Below are positions 36,901-47,425 of a stretch of 64,000 nt of DNA, in pieces. The notes below the pieces were generated by a model that worked only from the letters and a program-made list of their open reading frames with translations, was not told the DNA's origin and searched no databases. The first letter of the stretch is position 1, and each line of letters begins with the position of its first letter. The position numbers and the translations under genes were made by a program. This stretch comes from a virus. Lineage: Duplodnaviria; Caudoviricetes. Location of the stretch: IMG/VR virus record IMGVR_UViG_3300032285_003957, positions 128,001 to 192,000 of that record. The stretch is one strand, 5' to 3'.

Positions 36901-38443
36901 TAAAGGTAGCTCTAAAGAAATGGTTGACCCGTTAGCCACAACTGGTGGAACAATGTCAGGTTACTCAGAATTTAGAGATGGTGTTTATACAATTGTCCCA
37001 ATGGCGGGTCGAACTTTTGAAATGTTAGCTGATTTTAGAAGAAGAAAAACATTTGCAGCATTTATGTGCGGCGGTATTGTTAATTATACATTCTCTAACT
37101 CTTGGATAAATGGTATGTTATACTTCTTTAAATTTGCAAAAAACAATCAAGATTTTTGTAAAGATAATGTGTATAAGAAAATTGGTGAAACTGATAATAA
37201 AACATATTATTATTATCGTTCAACACCATATAATCCGGGTTATAGTGGTAAAACCGATTCAACATATACTCAAATTATAACACAAGCAACAACAAGTCAT
37301 CTTGAATTACAATATGATTATGACCCTGACACTGGTGTAAAATCATCAACACCAAATACTGGTTTAACAAAAACATATTTAAGTCAAACAAATGGTTTCC
37401 ATGGTCATCAAAGATTATTAGATTTTACTGAAGGTTATGGTGGTTTATGGTTTTTATTTAGTCCGCTAGCTACTTGGATTAAATTGACTTTATTAGTCTT
37501 TGAAGGTAACGATAATTCACTAAAAAGATATAAACGTGAAATAAATTTCCCAACAACAATTGTAGATTTAGGTCCAAGACAAACGTGGATTAGAGAAATA
37601 TGCACAGACCCTTCAATGGATGTCAACTGCGCTATTACAAGAAGTATTGGAAACACATCATTTAAGAACATAACAGATTTAATGGAATATGTTATTGGAT
37701 CTAAAGAACTTAAAGAAAGAGGTCGTTTAACAATTGATTCGTTATTTTCCAATAGAGGATTAAATCTAATTGACGGTGACGTTGCTCAACTATTAAATTT
37801 CAATACTCAAACAGGTATATATCCATTTGAATATTCGTCAGGCTCAATTTCACCTTATGGTCATTTATATGATAATTTATTTGATGGTAGAGGTGCGGTT
37901 AATCTTGATTTTGTATATAGTGTTGATGACCCTGATACAAAAACAATTGAAGCTAATGGTAGAGAAATTAGATTATGTATTAATCAACCTGGTAGATTAG
38001 GTGATAATTCACAAAGAGTTCCGTATTTCAAATGGGATACTGTAGGAAATGGTTATGGTGATTCAAAGTCAACATTATTTGGTATTACACCAACAGATAC
38101 AAAAACAAGCGAAATGCAAAACTATTTCACAGCTTATGTTTATAACCAAAGATTACAAGAATTTAAAGCAAATTTAAATGCAGATGTTAATAATAACATA
38201 TTAGATAATAATTTCATTGGTAATTCATCAACATCTGTAACTCCGTGGTTATTACCACCAATTAGAGATTGTATTGAAATTAATGGTGTTAAGAAAAAAG
38301 GTTATGACAACTATAAAGAATATACTGTAGGAGGTAAAGCTCGACATCTTATGGAAATAGGCGTTCCTTTCCATTATTGTTTTGGAATTAAAAAAGGCTC
38401 AACAGCATATGATAAGTTTTTAGAAAGTTATGGTCCATTATAA
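33962..38443 (+). CDS. Large putative baseplate-associated virion protein
   Basis: Follows gp6. The N-terminal GRVTANDGLGIPNVKV segment is carboxypeptidase-regulatory/Ig-like; the protein is Cys-rich with many [ST]GxT motifs. Confidence 0.55.
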   Translation: MAQNYRISTNIGKEQKVTFQMNQDYDFLEILSLKFSQKEVYTSLCSDYGVVCGRVTANDGLGIPNVKVAIFIPVSEIDKLDPVVSAVYPYETITSQDADNIRFNVLPARKQHSGHTPTGTFPDQSDLLQQEELIYVFETYYKYTAKTNDAGDFMIWGVPIGQHTIHFDADLSDIGCQSLVPYDLMYEGVSQEKFENKYTFLSSTNLDTLPQIISIDKTINVYPFWGNQDLCEIGITRVDFDLKERGVRIDPYALIMGGTVSDGVDDMMSYNCDVGERQGEKCRLITKKGDIEAIRFTGKYETDTNGTPNPRRPILEMFKVDSTIDEHGTFFFRVPMNMKYIKTDEFGEIVESKDPNIGIATAGTYRFRLTLTDESGGANKGINGTYLVPNIREYHTNDPSFIGAPSTIDPKSYAFSPNLDDYPTAALDEIVGLSQTAIDDNKIGIPQDYFYQFRYSRVYTVAQFINRYMSANAHQSGNWFWSRTTRDKEFLAFKDIYPDKETDCSNTHVHLPVNDATKKNRVNLFLITTLNWVNYGNLTYSLAVREFNVMINWLFGGFFGGSSAAASRRRNKEYQFKNIMKLKLTVYPDCYDCEEDTQTNGLDYGVSAINIGDYTGTTSLNNATFYMGEKYYAARSAGTCSQFTINNTNSDPKTITYTDCNNNPQTLTLAAAENGRTICAKSLGSLPSGVSSTVDDSSSNACLAYDPNGDLYFHNDTNGVYAQYNLTNLPASATSSLYDGKLLKQQYVIGVNVLGAGLQYYTIGIGQQFPIVYDSATSYWKIQGLYTNISTQIANAYNQPLDGVVSGTAHNKTNLVDIEKIWLVTYNYTGSTTGVEQETGCQKYDTIYDNYNEAPGLFSQGNMRLRSVKFPITLKNGTTLATYVDALNYLEENPPDNYTGNAASGWTTTNNVLLWNALDNNYYTEIYGLNEDECQPRPQYNYGAVTSVYAKWPGTNSGNFRNDDVRCVRYGKYAGTSGKGKGSSKEMVDPLATTGGTMSGYSEFRDGVYTIVPMAGRTFEMLADFRRRKTFAAFMCGGIVNYTFSNSWINGMLYFFKFAKNNQDFCKDNVYKKIGETDNKTYYYYRSTPYNPGYSGKTDSTYTQIITQATTSHLELQYDYDPDTGVKSSTPNTGLTKTYLSQTNGFHGHQRLLDFTEGYGGLWFLFSPLATWIKLTLLVFEGNDNSLKRYKREINFPTTIVDLGPRQTWIREICTDPSMDVNCAITRSIGNTSFKNITDLMEYVIGSKELKERGRLTIDSLFSNRGLNLIDGDVAQLLNFNTQTGIYPFEYSSGSISPYGHLYDNLFDGRGAVNLDFVYSVDDPDTKTIEANGREIRLCINQPGRLGDNSQRVPYFKWDTVGNGYGDSKSTLFGITPTDTKTSEMQNYFTAYVYNQRLQEFKANLNADVNNNILDNNFIGNSSTSVTPWLLPPIRDCIEINGVKKKGYDNYKEYTVGGKARHLMEIGVPFHYCFGIKKGSTAYDKFLESYGPL

Positions 38444-39137
38444 TATGAAGATATTTGATATTTTTAAAAAAAGAAAACCAAATCATTTAATAATTTACGT
38501 TGATTATAAAAGACGTGAATTATGGCTTTATAAGCTATTGTCTAAATTAACATATAGTGTTGGTCCTTTTACTGAAATGGATAAAGTTATTGATGGCGTT
38601 AAAAAATTTATTTACAAATATCCTGAACCATTAAAACAAATAAACATAACAAGTTTTGGTAGAGGTAGAAATTTAGTTGAAACGATTGAAGGTAGTGAAA
38701 AAATAAAAGAACTTGTTGACGCATTACGTCCAATCATTACACCTGAAACAAAATTAATGTTCACAACTTGCTTTAGTGGTATTTCATATAGAATGGCGGT
38801 AGAAATGTCAGAATATCTTGATGGTATTGAAATCTACGCTATGAAAAGAAGATACGGTATAAATGCGTTAATGACAAAATGTCAATGTAAAGAAAGTGGA
38901 TATAGCCAAAAAGTGATTGATTCAATACCATTAAGCAAAAGAGGGTTTTATGTTGATGAAAAAAATATGATTGACATTGTTAAGTGGCAACTTAATCAAG
39001 AAGTTAATTGGGTAACATCGGGAATGGCATATGAATATAACAAAAGAATGTTTGAAGATGGTATATGTGATACAAGTAAACAACCTAAAACAGTTTTGGA
39101 TGGAATAAAAAATTATTTATTTAATACTCAAGATTAA
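38430..39137 (+). CDS. Hypothetical protein, possibly a degenerate caspase-fold (DUF4347-like) domain
   Basis: INITSFGRG...LMFTTCFSG pattern; lacks the Thr/Gly bias of its neighbours. Confidence 0.5.
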   Translation: MVHYNMKIFDIFKKRKPNHLIIYVDYKRRELWLYKLLSKLTYSVGPFTEMDKVIDGVKKFIYKYPEPLKQINITSFGRGRNLVETIEGSEKIKELVDALRPIITPETKLMFTTCFSGISYRMAVEMSEYLDGIEIYAMKRRYGINALMTKCQCKESGYSQKVIDSIPLSKRGFYVDEKNMIDIVKWQLNQEVNWVTSGMAYEYNKRMFEDGICDTSKQPKTVLDGIKNYLFNTQD

Positions 39138-40987
39138 TGGACGAAAATAAACAAATATTACTTCCAAGTAAAAAATATCAAAAAGCTAACGACGAAGATG
39201 TTACTATTAGAATGGGGTTGGAAAACACCGAATCTTTAGTTAGAATTGGCGATAGAGAAATTGTATTAGACATTGCGGAACAATTTAATACCGAAAGACA
39301 AGCAAGCACCAAATATAAAATATACGGTAAAATGAGAATGGTGTTTCGTAATATGTATTCTGGTTCAACAACATATACAAATTTACAACGTAATTTATAT
39401 TTAAACGGTGACGGTAGTGAAGATATTGCACAATTTCCAAATAAATGGAAAGAAGGTTATATGTCTTATGAAGAGTTTGCATTGTTAAGAAACGATGTGT
39501 TAAGACAATCCTTTAATGTTCAAACAGGTGATACTTTATCATCATTCACCACATCAACAGATTTAATGGGTAATTCATATACGGGCCATACATTATTAAC
39601 ACCAATTACGGCCCCGTATCAAAATTGGAACATATATCTTTCTTATGTGTATGCACAAGATAGCTCATTTCCTATGGGTTATTCTTTTTCAGGAACAACC
39701 ACAGGATGTGGTGATGGAACAACGTTTTGTTTTACATCGGGTGATGGTATTCCATTTAGAATAACTGATGATGGAAAATATTATACATTAACAAGTCCTG
39801 TTGAACATGGATTTAGTGTTGGCCAATATATTTTATTATCAGGCGGAACATGTAATTTTAACGACTACGCTCATTCATTATTCCAAGTCAACACCGTTGG
39901 AAATCAAACATTCAATTCTGACAAATACAGCATTCAAATTAGTAAAGCTCAATTTAAATCTACAGCGTCAATAAACGGACAAATATTTGCTTTAGGTAAA
40001 AGAGTTACAGATATTAAAGATATAAGCGGTTCAACATCAAATTATTATGTTCACAAACATAAAACATTAACAGGTGTTAATGACTATATATTAGATTATG
40101 TTGGTTTTGAAAAACCAATATGGGAAGAAGAAAGAAAATTATTATTTGAAAATGTTGATGGCACATCAGATTATTTAGTTACTCAAAACAGAATGGAAGC
40201 TGTTTTATATGATTTTAAAGATACGTTAGATATATCTGGTTTAACAAATAACATGGGATTCACACCATTGGAAGTATATGTGACAACAATACTAAGAAAT
40301 GGTAATGGTTATTTTGATTATCCACCTAAAGTTGGATATAAATTTAATTTTCATGATTCATGGATAGACCAACACTTTAGTGGAACAACATCATACGAAA
40401 AAAGTATGACTGGTAACACATATACATTTAGTCCTAATTCTGCTGTAAGCGGATTTCCAACATTTACAGGTGGGACTGCATTACCTATTGGAACAATATT
40501 AACTGGTGCTTATGTTGAATATAACCCAAAGGAACACAAAGAAAGAATTATAAGTGAATCGTTTCATAAGTTTACAATTAAAAAAAGTGTTTTTAATCAT
40601 AGTCAAGACCAAGGCGTAATTGGATTTTTAGGTGCAACATCCGCAAATCCATTTGGGATGTATTACCAACCGCATCATCGTATTAAACTTAGACAATTAT
40701 CACCATATATTGAAATTGCAAATACTAATGACATTTACAATTTACCTGAAAATTGCACCTATGATGCTCACGATGGTGTGTGGAGATGGAGAGATTTATA
40801 TGACCACGGATATGTTGACCCCGATAATTACGGAACAAACTTTCCATTTGTAAATGGACAACATTATGTAATGAATGAAATTAATTTTTATTTAAGAAAT
40901 GAAAAATATTACACAAATAAAAAAGATGGTATTATTGATTTTAATGACATAATCAACAATAAGAATAAAAATGTAACAAATTGCTAA
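39137..40987 (+). CDS. Putative virion structural protein
   Basis: 616 aa inside the structural cluster, with 10 [ST]GxT motifs. Confidence 0.6.
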   Translation: MDENKQILLPSKKYQKANDEDVTIRMGLENTESLVRIGDREIVLDIAEQFNTERQASTKYKIYGKMRMVFRNMYSGSTTYTNLQRNLYLNGDGSEDIAQFPNKWKEGYMSYEEFALLRNDVLRQSFNVQTGDTLSSFTTSTDLMGNSYTGHTLLTPITAPYQNWNIYLSYVYAQDSSFPMGYSFSGTTTGCGDGTTFCFTSGDGIPFRITDDGKYYTLTSPVEHGFSVGQYILLSGGTCNFNDYAHSLFQVNTVGNQTFNSDKYSIQISKAQFKSTASINGQIFALGKRVTDIKDISGSTSNYYVHKHKTLTGVNDYILDYVGFEKPIWEEERKLLFENVDGTSDYLVTQNRMEAVLYDFKDTLDISGLTNNMGFTPLEVYVTTILRNGNGYFDYPPKVGYKFNFHDSWIDQHFSGTTSYEKSMTGNTYTFSPNSAVSGFPTFTGGTALPIGTILTGAYVEYNPKEHKERIISESFHKFTIKKSVFNHSQDQGVIGFLGATSANPFGMYYQPHHRIKLRQLSPYIEIANTNDIYNLPENCTYDAHDGVWRWRDLYDHGYVDPDNYGTNFPFVNGQHYVMNEINFYLRNEKYYTNKKDGIIDFNDIINNKNKNVTNC

Positions 40988-42364
40988 ATGAAAATTTTAA
41001 GAAATTATGTTGACCAAAATATAGTAATTAATACCGAAACCGATATTCAAACTAATGCGGGATGGGAAGAAAGTTTACAAGAATTTGAAACTGAAATCCT
41101 AAAAGAAATTGTCAACCCAATTGAAAATTATGAAACGGTAAGATATATTCATGCGCCATATACAACAACTAATGGTGGGTTAACATTCCAACAAGTTGAT
41201 TTATGGTTTGAATTTTATTTTTTAAGTGGCGGAACATATTCAACAGACTATACTTCGGCAGGTATAACACTTCACGAAAACACACAATTTCTAACTCAAT
41301 TTAGCAAATCATTTTTTAGAATTGAATTTTATAAAACACCTGGCGTAGTTGTTAATAATGTTTTAACTTGTCAACCACCAACAAGAACCAATAGAAAATT
41401 AGTTTTTGCTAAAAATTTACCAACAACGTTAAGTGAAAAATTTCATTTGAATTCAGTTGCAGACACAATACATATACCAATATTTCATGCATCTAACTAT
41501 AAAAACAGGGAGATGATTTACCAATTTTGGTTCCAAGATGAATCGGTTTTAGCTGAAACAAATTTAAGTGGAACAACAACAGGTAACACGTTTTTCATGA
41601 CTGCTAAATTTTACAATACAAAAGATGGTTCTATTGTGGATTTTACAAATGACGATTTTTGTCATACGTATGAAATAACTGAACAGTTTGACATGTATTA
41701 TCAAGTTGATTTTGATTACGTCAATCATAATTACATGATTTATAGATATAATGGAACTAAAGGTTCAAGAATTGGTGAAAGTGGTGACCCCATTTTATTT
41801 TATGAAAAGGGTGGTAAAATCAATTGTGCAACACCAACACCAACACCTACACCAACAAAAACACCAACAAATGGACCAGCGGTTACACCAACGTTAACAC
41901 CGACTCCAACAATTACACCTACAAGAACATCTTCAACACCATACAGTCAACCCGTTGATTTTACATTGGCTAATGATTGTGAAAATTTTGGCGTTAGGGT
42001 TGCAAACATGACTGGCGGCCATAATCAATTTCAAGGAACTGGTTTGTATTTTAGTGCGGCAGAAGCCACAGGTGCAACATTCTTTAATATCTCACAAATA
42101 AATAACACCACGGGTTATAATGCATCAAGGATATCAGGTAATTTATTTTATGCAAATGGAGTTACAATGTATGTTGCTGTTAGAGATTTACAAAATCCAT
42201 CAAACATAAGTGTTAAATCAATTGTTTTATCTAACTGCACACCACCATCTCCGTCACCACCAGTAAATCCAAGTGATTTATATACTAATACCATAACACT
42301 AAGTTACATTTCTTCTTTCCAAAGTAGTAAATGTGAAGCCTACACTAATTGCACGTGGGCATAA
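40988..42364 (+). CDS. Putative virion protein with a Pro-Thr linker and Cys-containing C-terminal domain
   Basis: [13 protein letters not shown] linker near 41827-41940. Confidence 0.6.
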   Translation: MKILRNYVDQNIVINTETDIQTNAGWEESLQEFETEILKEIVNPIENYETVRYIHAPYTTTNGGLTFQQVDLWFEFYFLSGGTYSTDYTSAGITLHENTQFLTQFSKSFFRIEFYKTPGVVVNNVLTCQPPTRTNRKLVFAKNLPTTLSEKFHLNSVADTIHIPIFHASNYKNREMIYQFWFQDESVLAETNLSGTTTGNTFFMTAKFYNTKDGSIVDFTNDDFCHTYEITEQFDMYYQVDFDYVNHNYMIYRYNGTKGSRIGESGDPILFYEKGGKINCATPTPTPTPTKTPTNGPAVTPTLTPTPTITPTRTSSTPYSQPVDFTLANDCENFGVRVANMTGGHNQFQGTGLYFSAAEATGATFFNISQINNTTGYNASRISGNLFYANGVTMYVAVRDLQNPSNISVKSIVLSNCTPPSPSPPVNPSDLYTNTITLSYISSFQSSKCEAYTNCTWA

Positions 42365-42388
42365 AATATTAAAAAAAATTTAAAAAAA

Positions 42389-42919
42389 ATGTCAAGACCC
42401 TGTGATAAAGGAACATATTTTTATGATAGTGTAGGATATTTGGCTGTAGGTCAAAAGTTTTATGCTACATCTAACGGTGGAGATGTAATGCAAGGCTATT
42501 ATTCAGGAAAATATAATGGAACTTTTTACATTTTTACTGTTGATGCTGGAGGATTTATAACGGCGATGGAAACAATTTCATCATTAGGATGTGCGGGAAC
42601 TACACCAGACCCAACACCATCACCAATACCACAAGGTAATTCATTATTATTAGCGTTTAGAACCACACAAGGGCTTTCTTGCACAATTGGGTCTGAAATC
42701 AGTCAAAGAACGGAAATGTGGTCAAACGCTAATGAATCAAGTTTACAAAATGTAGCAGATTCAATTACACCATCAGATAGTCTATTGGATTTAAATTATT
42801 ACATGTATGCTGACGTCAATATGACAACCACTAAAAATAACGGATATTATTCTGATGGAAACTATTGGTATCGTGTATACGGTAGTGCAGGTAAAATAAT
42901 AGATGCGGGTCGCTGTTAA
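42389..42919 (+). CDS. Putative fibre/decoration protein made of two Cys-bounded modules
   Basis: LAVGQKFY...GYYSG and YMYAD...NGYYSDGNYWYRV...C modules joined by PDPTPSP. Confidence 0.55.
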   Translation: MSRPCDKGTYFYDSVGYLAVGQKFYATSNGGDVMQGYYSGKYNGTFYIFTVDAGGFITAMETISSLGCAGTTPDPTPSPIPQGNSLLLAFRTTQGLSCTIGSEISQRTEMWSNANESSLQNVADSITPSDSLLDLNYYMYADVNMTTTKNNGYYSDGNYWYRVYGSAGKIIDAGRC

Positions 42920-42955
42920 TTCAGGATAAAATAAAAAATCGTTTATTTATAGTAG

Positions 42956-45900
42956 GTGAAAAGGACAAAATATTCCATAAAAAGAGATAATATAGTATCA
43001 GGTTCGTTAATTGATTTAACAACCCACGCATGGCTTGATAGCAATGGTAATACTATTCCTTGGAGTGGAATGACAACAGGTAGCTTTCCTGTTAGTGGAA
43101 GTGTTATTTATAATACTAATACAGGCAGCCTATACGAAGGTTATTACCAATATGATGGCAATTTATGGCATCAAATAACTGGTTCACCATCAGTGGTCTC
43201 AAGCAAAATATACCCTGATTATCAAATCCCAATTTATTTGGATTCAAAAGCCGATGAAATGGGTCAGATGGTTGATTTTGATGGTAATGTTGGTCAAAAT
43301 ACAATCAGTGCAAATTTTGCTTATTCAGGTGTATGTTATGGTAGTGGTTATACAATTACCGTATGGAACACAACAAATTTTGGAAAACAAAAAAATAATT
43401 TAAAAGCTAATTTTACGGTTGCTTGGGATAAAGACAATTATCACGATGATTTACCTGCAAATTCTTCTAAATCTTTTACATATACACAAAACGGGACATA
43501 TAACTTAAAAATATTCATGCAGGCGCCATGGACTACGGAAGTTATTACTAAAGAAGTTGTGGTTGTATGTTTCGTTACACCAACACCAACAACTACACCA
43601 ACAAACACGGTGACACCTACAATTACACCTACGAGTAGTATTACACCAACTATTACGGTTACACCAACAATTACACCTACTAATACCTTAACCCCAACAA
43701 TTACACCAACAGTAACTCATACATCCACAGTAACACCAACGGTTACTCAAACACATACTCCAACAGTTACAGTAACTAAAACACCACTTTATTGTGAATT
43801 AGGCGGTAATGCAACTTATGTAATGCCGACACCTACACCAACCGTAACAATAACAGTTACACCAACAACCACACCTGCGATAACTCATACACCTACTGTA
43901 ACACCAACGATTACACATACGCCATTGTATTGTGAATTAGGTGGATCAGCAGAATACATTATTCCAACACCAACACCTACTCCGACAAATACGGTAACAC
44001 CTACTTTAACGCCAACAAATACTGTTACACCAACGTTAACACCTACAGTAACTAAAACACCACTTTATTGTGAAATGGGTGGTAGTGCAGAGTATATCGC
44101 ACCTACACCTACTCCAACTGTAACTTCTACAACAACACCAACAGTTACACCAACAATTACTATCACTCAAACTGTAACACCTACAAATACACCAACAAAC
44201 ACGGTAACACCTACGGTGACTAAAACGCCGCTTTATTGTGAGCTTGGCGGTAGTGCAGAATATATAGCCCCTACACCTACACCAACGGCTACACCAACTG
44301 AAACGCCAACATTAACACCTACCGCAACTATAACACAAACAGTAACACCTACTAGTAGCATTGCACCAACAGTTACACCAACAAACACTGGTACACCAAC
44401 GTTAACACCTACAGTAACTAAAACACCACTTTATTGTGAATTAGGCGGTAATGCTACGTATGTTGCACCTACACCTACCCCAACTGTAACTTCTACAACA
44501 ACACCGACATTAACACCAACAGTTACACCAACAAATACCATTACATTAACGGTTACACCTACAAATACAATTACGTCTACTGTAACACCAACAAATACAA
44601 TTACGTCTACTGTAACACCTACAGTAACTAAGACACCACTTTATTGTGAGTTGGGAGGTAATGCCACATATGTCGCACCAACACCTACACCAACAAATAC
44701 AGTTACAACAACACCAACTGTGACCCCAACTATTACTAATACGTCAACTGTAACTGTGACTCCAACTAATACTCCAACTGTAACCTTAACTCCTACTAAC
44801 ACACCTACAGTTACACCAACAAACACTGTTACACCAACGTTAACACCTACGGTGACTAAAACGCCATTGTATTGTGAACTTGGAGGTAACGCACAATATA
44901 TTGCACCTACACCAACCCCTACACCAACAAATACGGTTACACCGACTGTTACAGTAACACCAACATCAGCAGTTACTTCAACACCAACACCTACACCAAC
45001 CATTACACAAACTATAACACCAACAAGTTCAATTGCTGCAACTTCTACAGTTACACCGACAAAATCTGTTGCCGCAACACCAACGGTTACGCCAACAACA
45101 ACAGTAACACCATCATATACACCAACCAAAACAGTTACACCAACTGTTACACCGACTGTGACACCTACAAATACCGTAACACCGACGGTTACGCCAACGT
45201 TACCTGCATTAATTCTTTCTGTTTCAAGTTCAACAGTTCAATCATGTTATAATGTTAGTGATGCATCATTTACATTAAGTGCAAGTGGTGGTAATGGTGC
45301 TTCATATGAATATTCAAAAGATAATGTAAACTGGCAAACAGGCACAACATTTAGTAGTTTAGCGGGAACAACTTATACAGGTTATGTTAGAAATAGTAAT
45401 AGAACAGGAACGGTTACATCTGTTTCAGTTGGTAGTTTGGCAAGAAGTGCACCAAGTGCAACAATTACAACATCAAACTACAATGGTTATAGTATTGCAT
45501 GTAATGGTGGAACAGATTCGATTGTAGTTTCAGCATTAACAGGTGGCCAAGGTGCACCGTATCAAGTTAAATTAAATTCTGGTGGAACATATCAAACAAC
45601 AACAACATCAAGAACATATTCAAGTTTAGGTGCGGGTTCATATACAATATATGTTAAAGATTCTGCGGGTTGTGAAAATACAATTTCAGTTACATTAACT
45701 CAACCGTCTGCAGTTACATCAACAATATCAGCATCATCTTTACCAACATGTTATAATGGTGCTAATGGTTCAGTAACAGCTACAGCGGGAGGCGGAGTTG
45801 GCGGCTATACATATTCTTTAAATGGCGGAGCTTATCAATCAAGTGCTACATTTAGTAGTTTAGCTAATGGGACATATAGTATCACAGTTAAAGATGCGAA

Positions 45901-46753
45901 TGGTTGCACAGCAACATCGTCTTCAACTACATTGAATAGAACAGCACCAAATGCAACATTTACGGTATCCAACTTTAATGGTTATAGTATAAGTTGTAAC
46001 GGTGGTGCGGATGGTTCAATTGCTGTAAGTGGAGGCTCAGGTGGTTCTGGCGCAGGTTACAGTGGTTCAACAGATAATTTAACATATTATTCATTACCAA
46101 AAACATTTGGTTCATTAAATGCAGCAAATAGTCCATATACGATATTCATTAAAGATAGTAGTGGTTGCGTTCAATCATATGATTTCACAATTACACAACC
46201 ACCTGCACAAACAGCAACAGCTTCAGTTATAACTACCGACGATGGAACTGGTATTGGACGTATTGATGTGGCAGTTAATGGAGGCGCAGGATTGAAAACA
46301 ATTAGATTATATATTGACTCATCAACACCATATACAGATAATAGTAAAACAACATTGGTTGCAACAGCGACAAACGTAGCAAACAATACAACATATTCGT
46401 TTACCGGATTATTATGTTCAGTTGGCCGTCATTGGGCTGAGATTACGGATGCAAATGGTTGTGTTAAAAATAGTAACTCAGTTCAACTTTGTGGATACTA
46501 CTATATCGGTAAGTATACTTCAAGCAATACAATACAATGTACACCATCAGGTAGCTTAGTTAATACATATTTGTCTTATACCGATTACACAAATTATGTG
46601 GCAGGAGGTAATGTATTAGCACCAGGTATGATAGTCTATAAAGATGATATTGGAACAGTATTCACAACAACGAGAATTTATGACCCTGCAACAACAAATA
46701 TATGGGGTTTAAGTTCAGGCGTAATTAGTGCTAATCCATACCAAAGCTGTTAA
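42956..46753 (+). CDS. Fibre/adhesin-like protein with a mucin-like Pro-Thr stalk and SprB-like repeats
   Basis: About 540 aa of TPT repeats, then GGxGxYxYS...TFxxLxxGTYxIxVKDxxGC repeats and a C-terminal Cys module. Confidence 0.7.
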   Translation: MKRTKYSIKRDNIVSGSLIDLTTHAWLDSNGNTIPWSGMTTGSFPVSGSVIYNTNTGSLYEGYYQYDGNLWHQITGSPSVVSSKIYPDYQIPIYLDSKADEMGQMVDFDGNVGQNTISANFAYSGVCYGSGYTITVWNTTNFGKQKNNLKANFTVAWDKDNYHDDLPANSSKSFTYTQNGTYNLKIFMQAPWTTEVITKEVVVVCFVTPTPTTTPTNTVTPTITPTSSITPTITVTPTITPTNTLTPTITPTVTHTSTVTPTVTQTHTPTVTVTKTPLYCELGGNATYVMPTPTPTVTITVTPTTTPAITHTPTVTPTITHTPLYCELGGSAEYIIPTPTPTPTNTVTPTLTPTNTVTPTLTPTVTKTPLYCEMGGSAEYIAPTPTPTVTSTTTPTVTPTITITQTVTPTNTPTNTVTPTVTKTPLYCELGGSAEYIAPTPTPTATPTETPTLTPTATITQTVTPTSSIAPTVTPTNTGTPTLTPTVTKTPLYCELGGNATYVAPTPTPTVTSTTTPTLTPTVTPTNTITLTVTPTNTITSTVTPTNTITSTVTPTVTKTPLYCELGGNATYVAPTPTPTNTVTTTPTVTPTITNTSTVTVTPTNTPTVTLTPTNTPTVTPTNTVTPTLTPTVTKTPLYCELGGNAQYIAPTPTPTPTNTVTPTVTVTPTSAVTSTPTPTPTITQTITPTSSIAATSTVTPTKSVAATPTVTPTTTVTPSYTPTKTVTPTVTPTVTPTNTVTPTVTPTLPALILSVSSSTVQSCYNVSDASFTLSASGGNGASYEYSKDNVNWQTGTTFSSLAGTTYTGYVRNSNRTGTVTSVSVGSLARSAPSATITTSNYNGYSIACNGGTDSIVVSALTGGQGAPYQVKLNSGGTYQTTTTSRTYSSLGAGSYTIYVKDSAGCENTISVTLTQPSAVTSTISASSLPTCYNGANGSVTATAGGGVGGYTYSLNGGAYQSSATFSSLANGTYSITVKDANGCTATSSSTTLNRTAPNATFTVSNFNGYSISCNGGADGSIAVSGGSGGSGAGYSGSTDNLTYYSLPKTFGSLNAANSPYTIFIKDSSGCVQSYDFTITQPPAQTATASVITTDDGTGIGRIDVAVNGGAGLKTIRLYIDSSTPYTDNSKTTLVATATNVANNTTYSFTGLLCSVGRHWAEITDANGCVKNSNSVQLCGYYYIGKYTSSNTIQCTPSGSLVNTYLSYTDYTNYVAGGNVLAPGMIVYKDDIGTVFTTTRIYDPATTNIWGLSSGVISANPYQSC
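43573..45200 (+). repeat. In-frame Pro-Thr low-complexity array punctuated by 7 copies of T[KH]TPLYCE[LM]GG[NS]A[TEQ]Y[VI]
   Basis: Near-identical DNA copies of acacc(a/g)ctttattgtga... and a 30-bp tandem duplication near 44558-44617. Confidence 0.9.
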
Positions 46754-46777
46754 ACCATGGTATGCAAATAATATAAT

Positions 46778-46805
46778 AAAACCCCTTTATTTAAAGGGGT
46801 TTTTT
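46778..46805. terminator. Intrinsic, possibly bidirectional, terminator
   Basis: AAAACCCCTTTA-T-TTAAAGGGGTTTTT. Confidence 0.75.
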
Positions 46806-46836
46806 GTTTAAATTATCTCTGAAGATATTTAATAAT

Positions 46837-47400
46837 ATGCCAGACTTGGGAACATTAACATTTACAATACCATCTTACTTATTGGAAGATGGGACAAGTG
46901 CACCCGCAACCACGGTTAATCAAAATTATTTAAACAATTTAGATTACGTTGCGAATACAGGTGTAACCGCAGGATATACGGGAATGACATATTATGCCAT
47001 AGGAGGAAGTCGTATTCAAGAAAAGAAACTTTACGGTGGTGGGTATAGTGGTGTAACAACTGGAATGACAGAAGACAATGTTATTTACAGCGCATATAGT
47101 TTCACCTACAGTGGTCAAACTATGGGTAATCAAACATTATATTATGCCGATTTTCCTGATGGTCATACAATGATTACGGGGCATACAACAGGTTTTACAG
47201 AACAAGCGGTTTTTAATTCTGTCCTAACTCGAAATGAACATTTCCTTGGATTTGTTGAACAACCAAGAATATATTCGGACATTTTTGTTGAAAGAGGAAA
47301 AATGGGAGTTTTAGAGAATAACCACAGATTGGGAGAAATTGGAACATTAGGTGACCTTGAGTATTATGGAAACAAATACTTTAACGTCAAAAAACTATAA
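46837..47400 (+). CDS. Putative virion protein (start moved to ATG 46837)
   Basis: The track start lies inside the terminator. TATTTAAT sits 3 nt before ATG 46837. The protein has 7 [ST]GxT motifs. Confidence 0.65.
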   Translation: MPDLGTLTFTIPSYLLEDGTSAPATTVNQNYLNNLDYVANTGVTAGYTGMTYYAIGGSRIQEKKLYGGGYSGVTTGMTEDNVIYSAYSFTYSGQTMGNQTLYYADFPDGHTMITGHTTGFTEQAVFNSVLTRNEHFLGFVEQPRIYSDIFVERGKMGVLENNHRLGEIGTLGDLEYYGNKYFNVKKL

Positions 47401-47425
47401 AATTTATATTTATTAATAAAAAGAT

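Noticed and set aside
44641-45129. Minus-strand Val/Gly-rich ORF (also 51417-51710)
   Set aside because: It is the antisense shadow of ACN/CCN repeat codons, which lack stops on the reverse strand.
43573-45200. Regularly recurring DNA repeats resembling a CRISPR array or a DGR template/variable pair
   Set aside because: The repeats are in frame within one ORF, the spacers are variable-length Pro-Thr codons, differences are mostly synonymous rather than adenine-specific, and no cas or reverse transcriptase gene is present.
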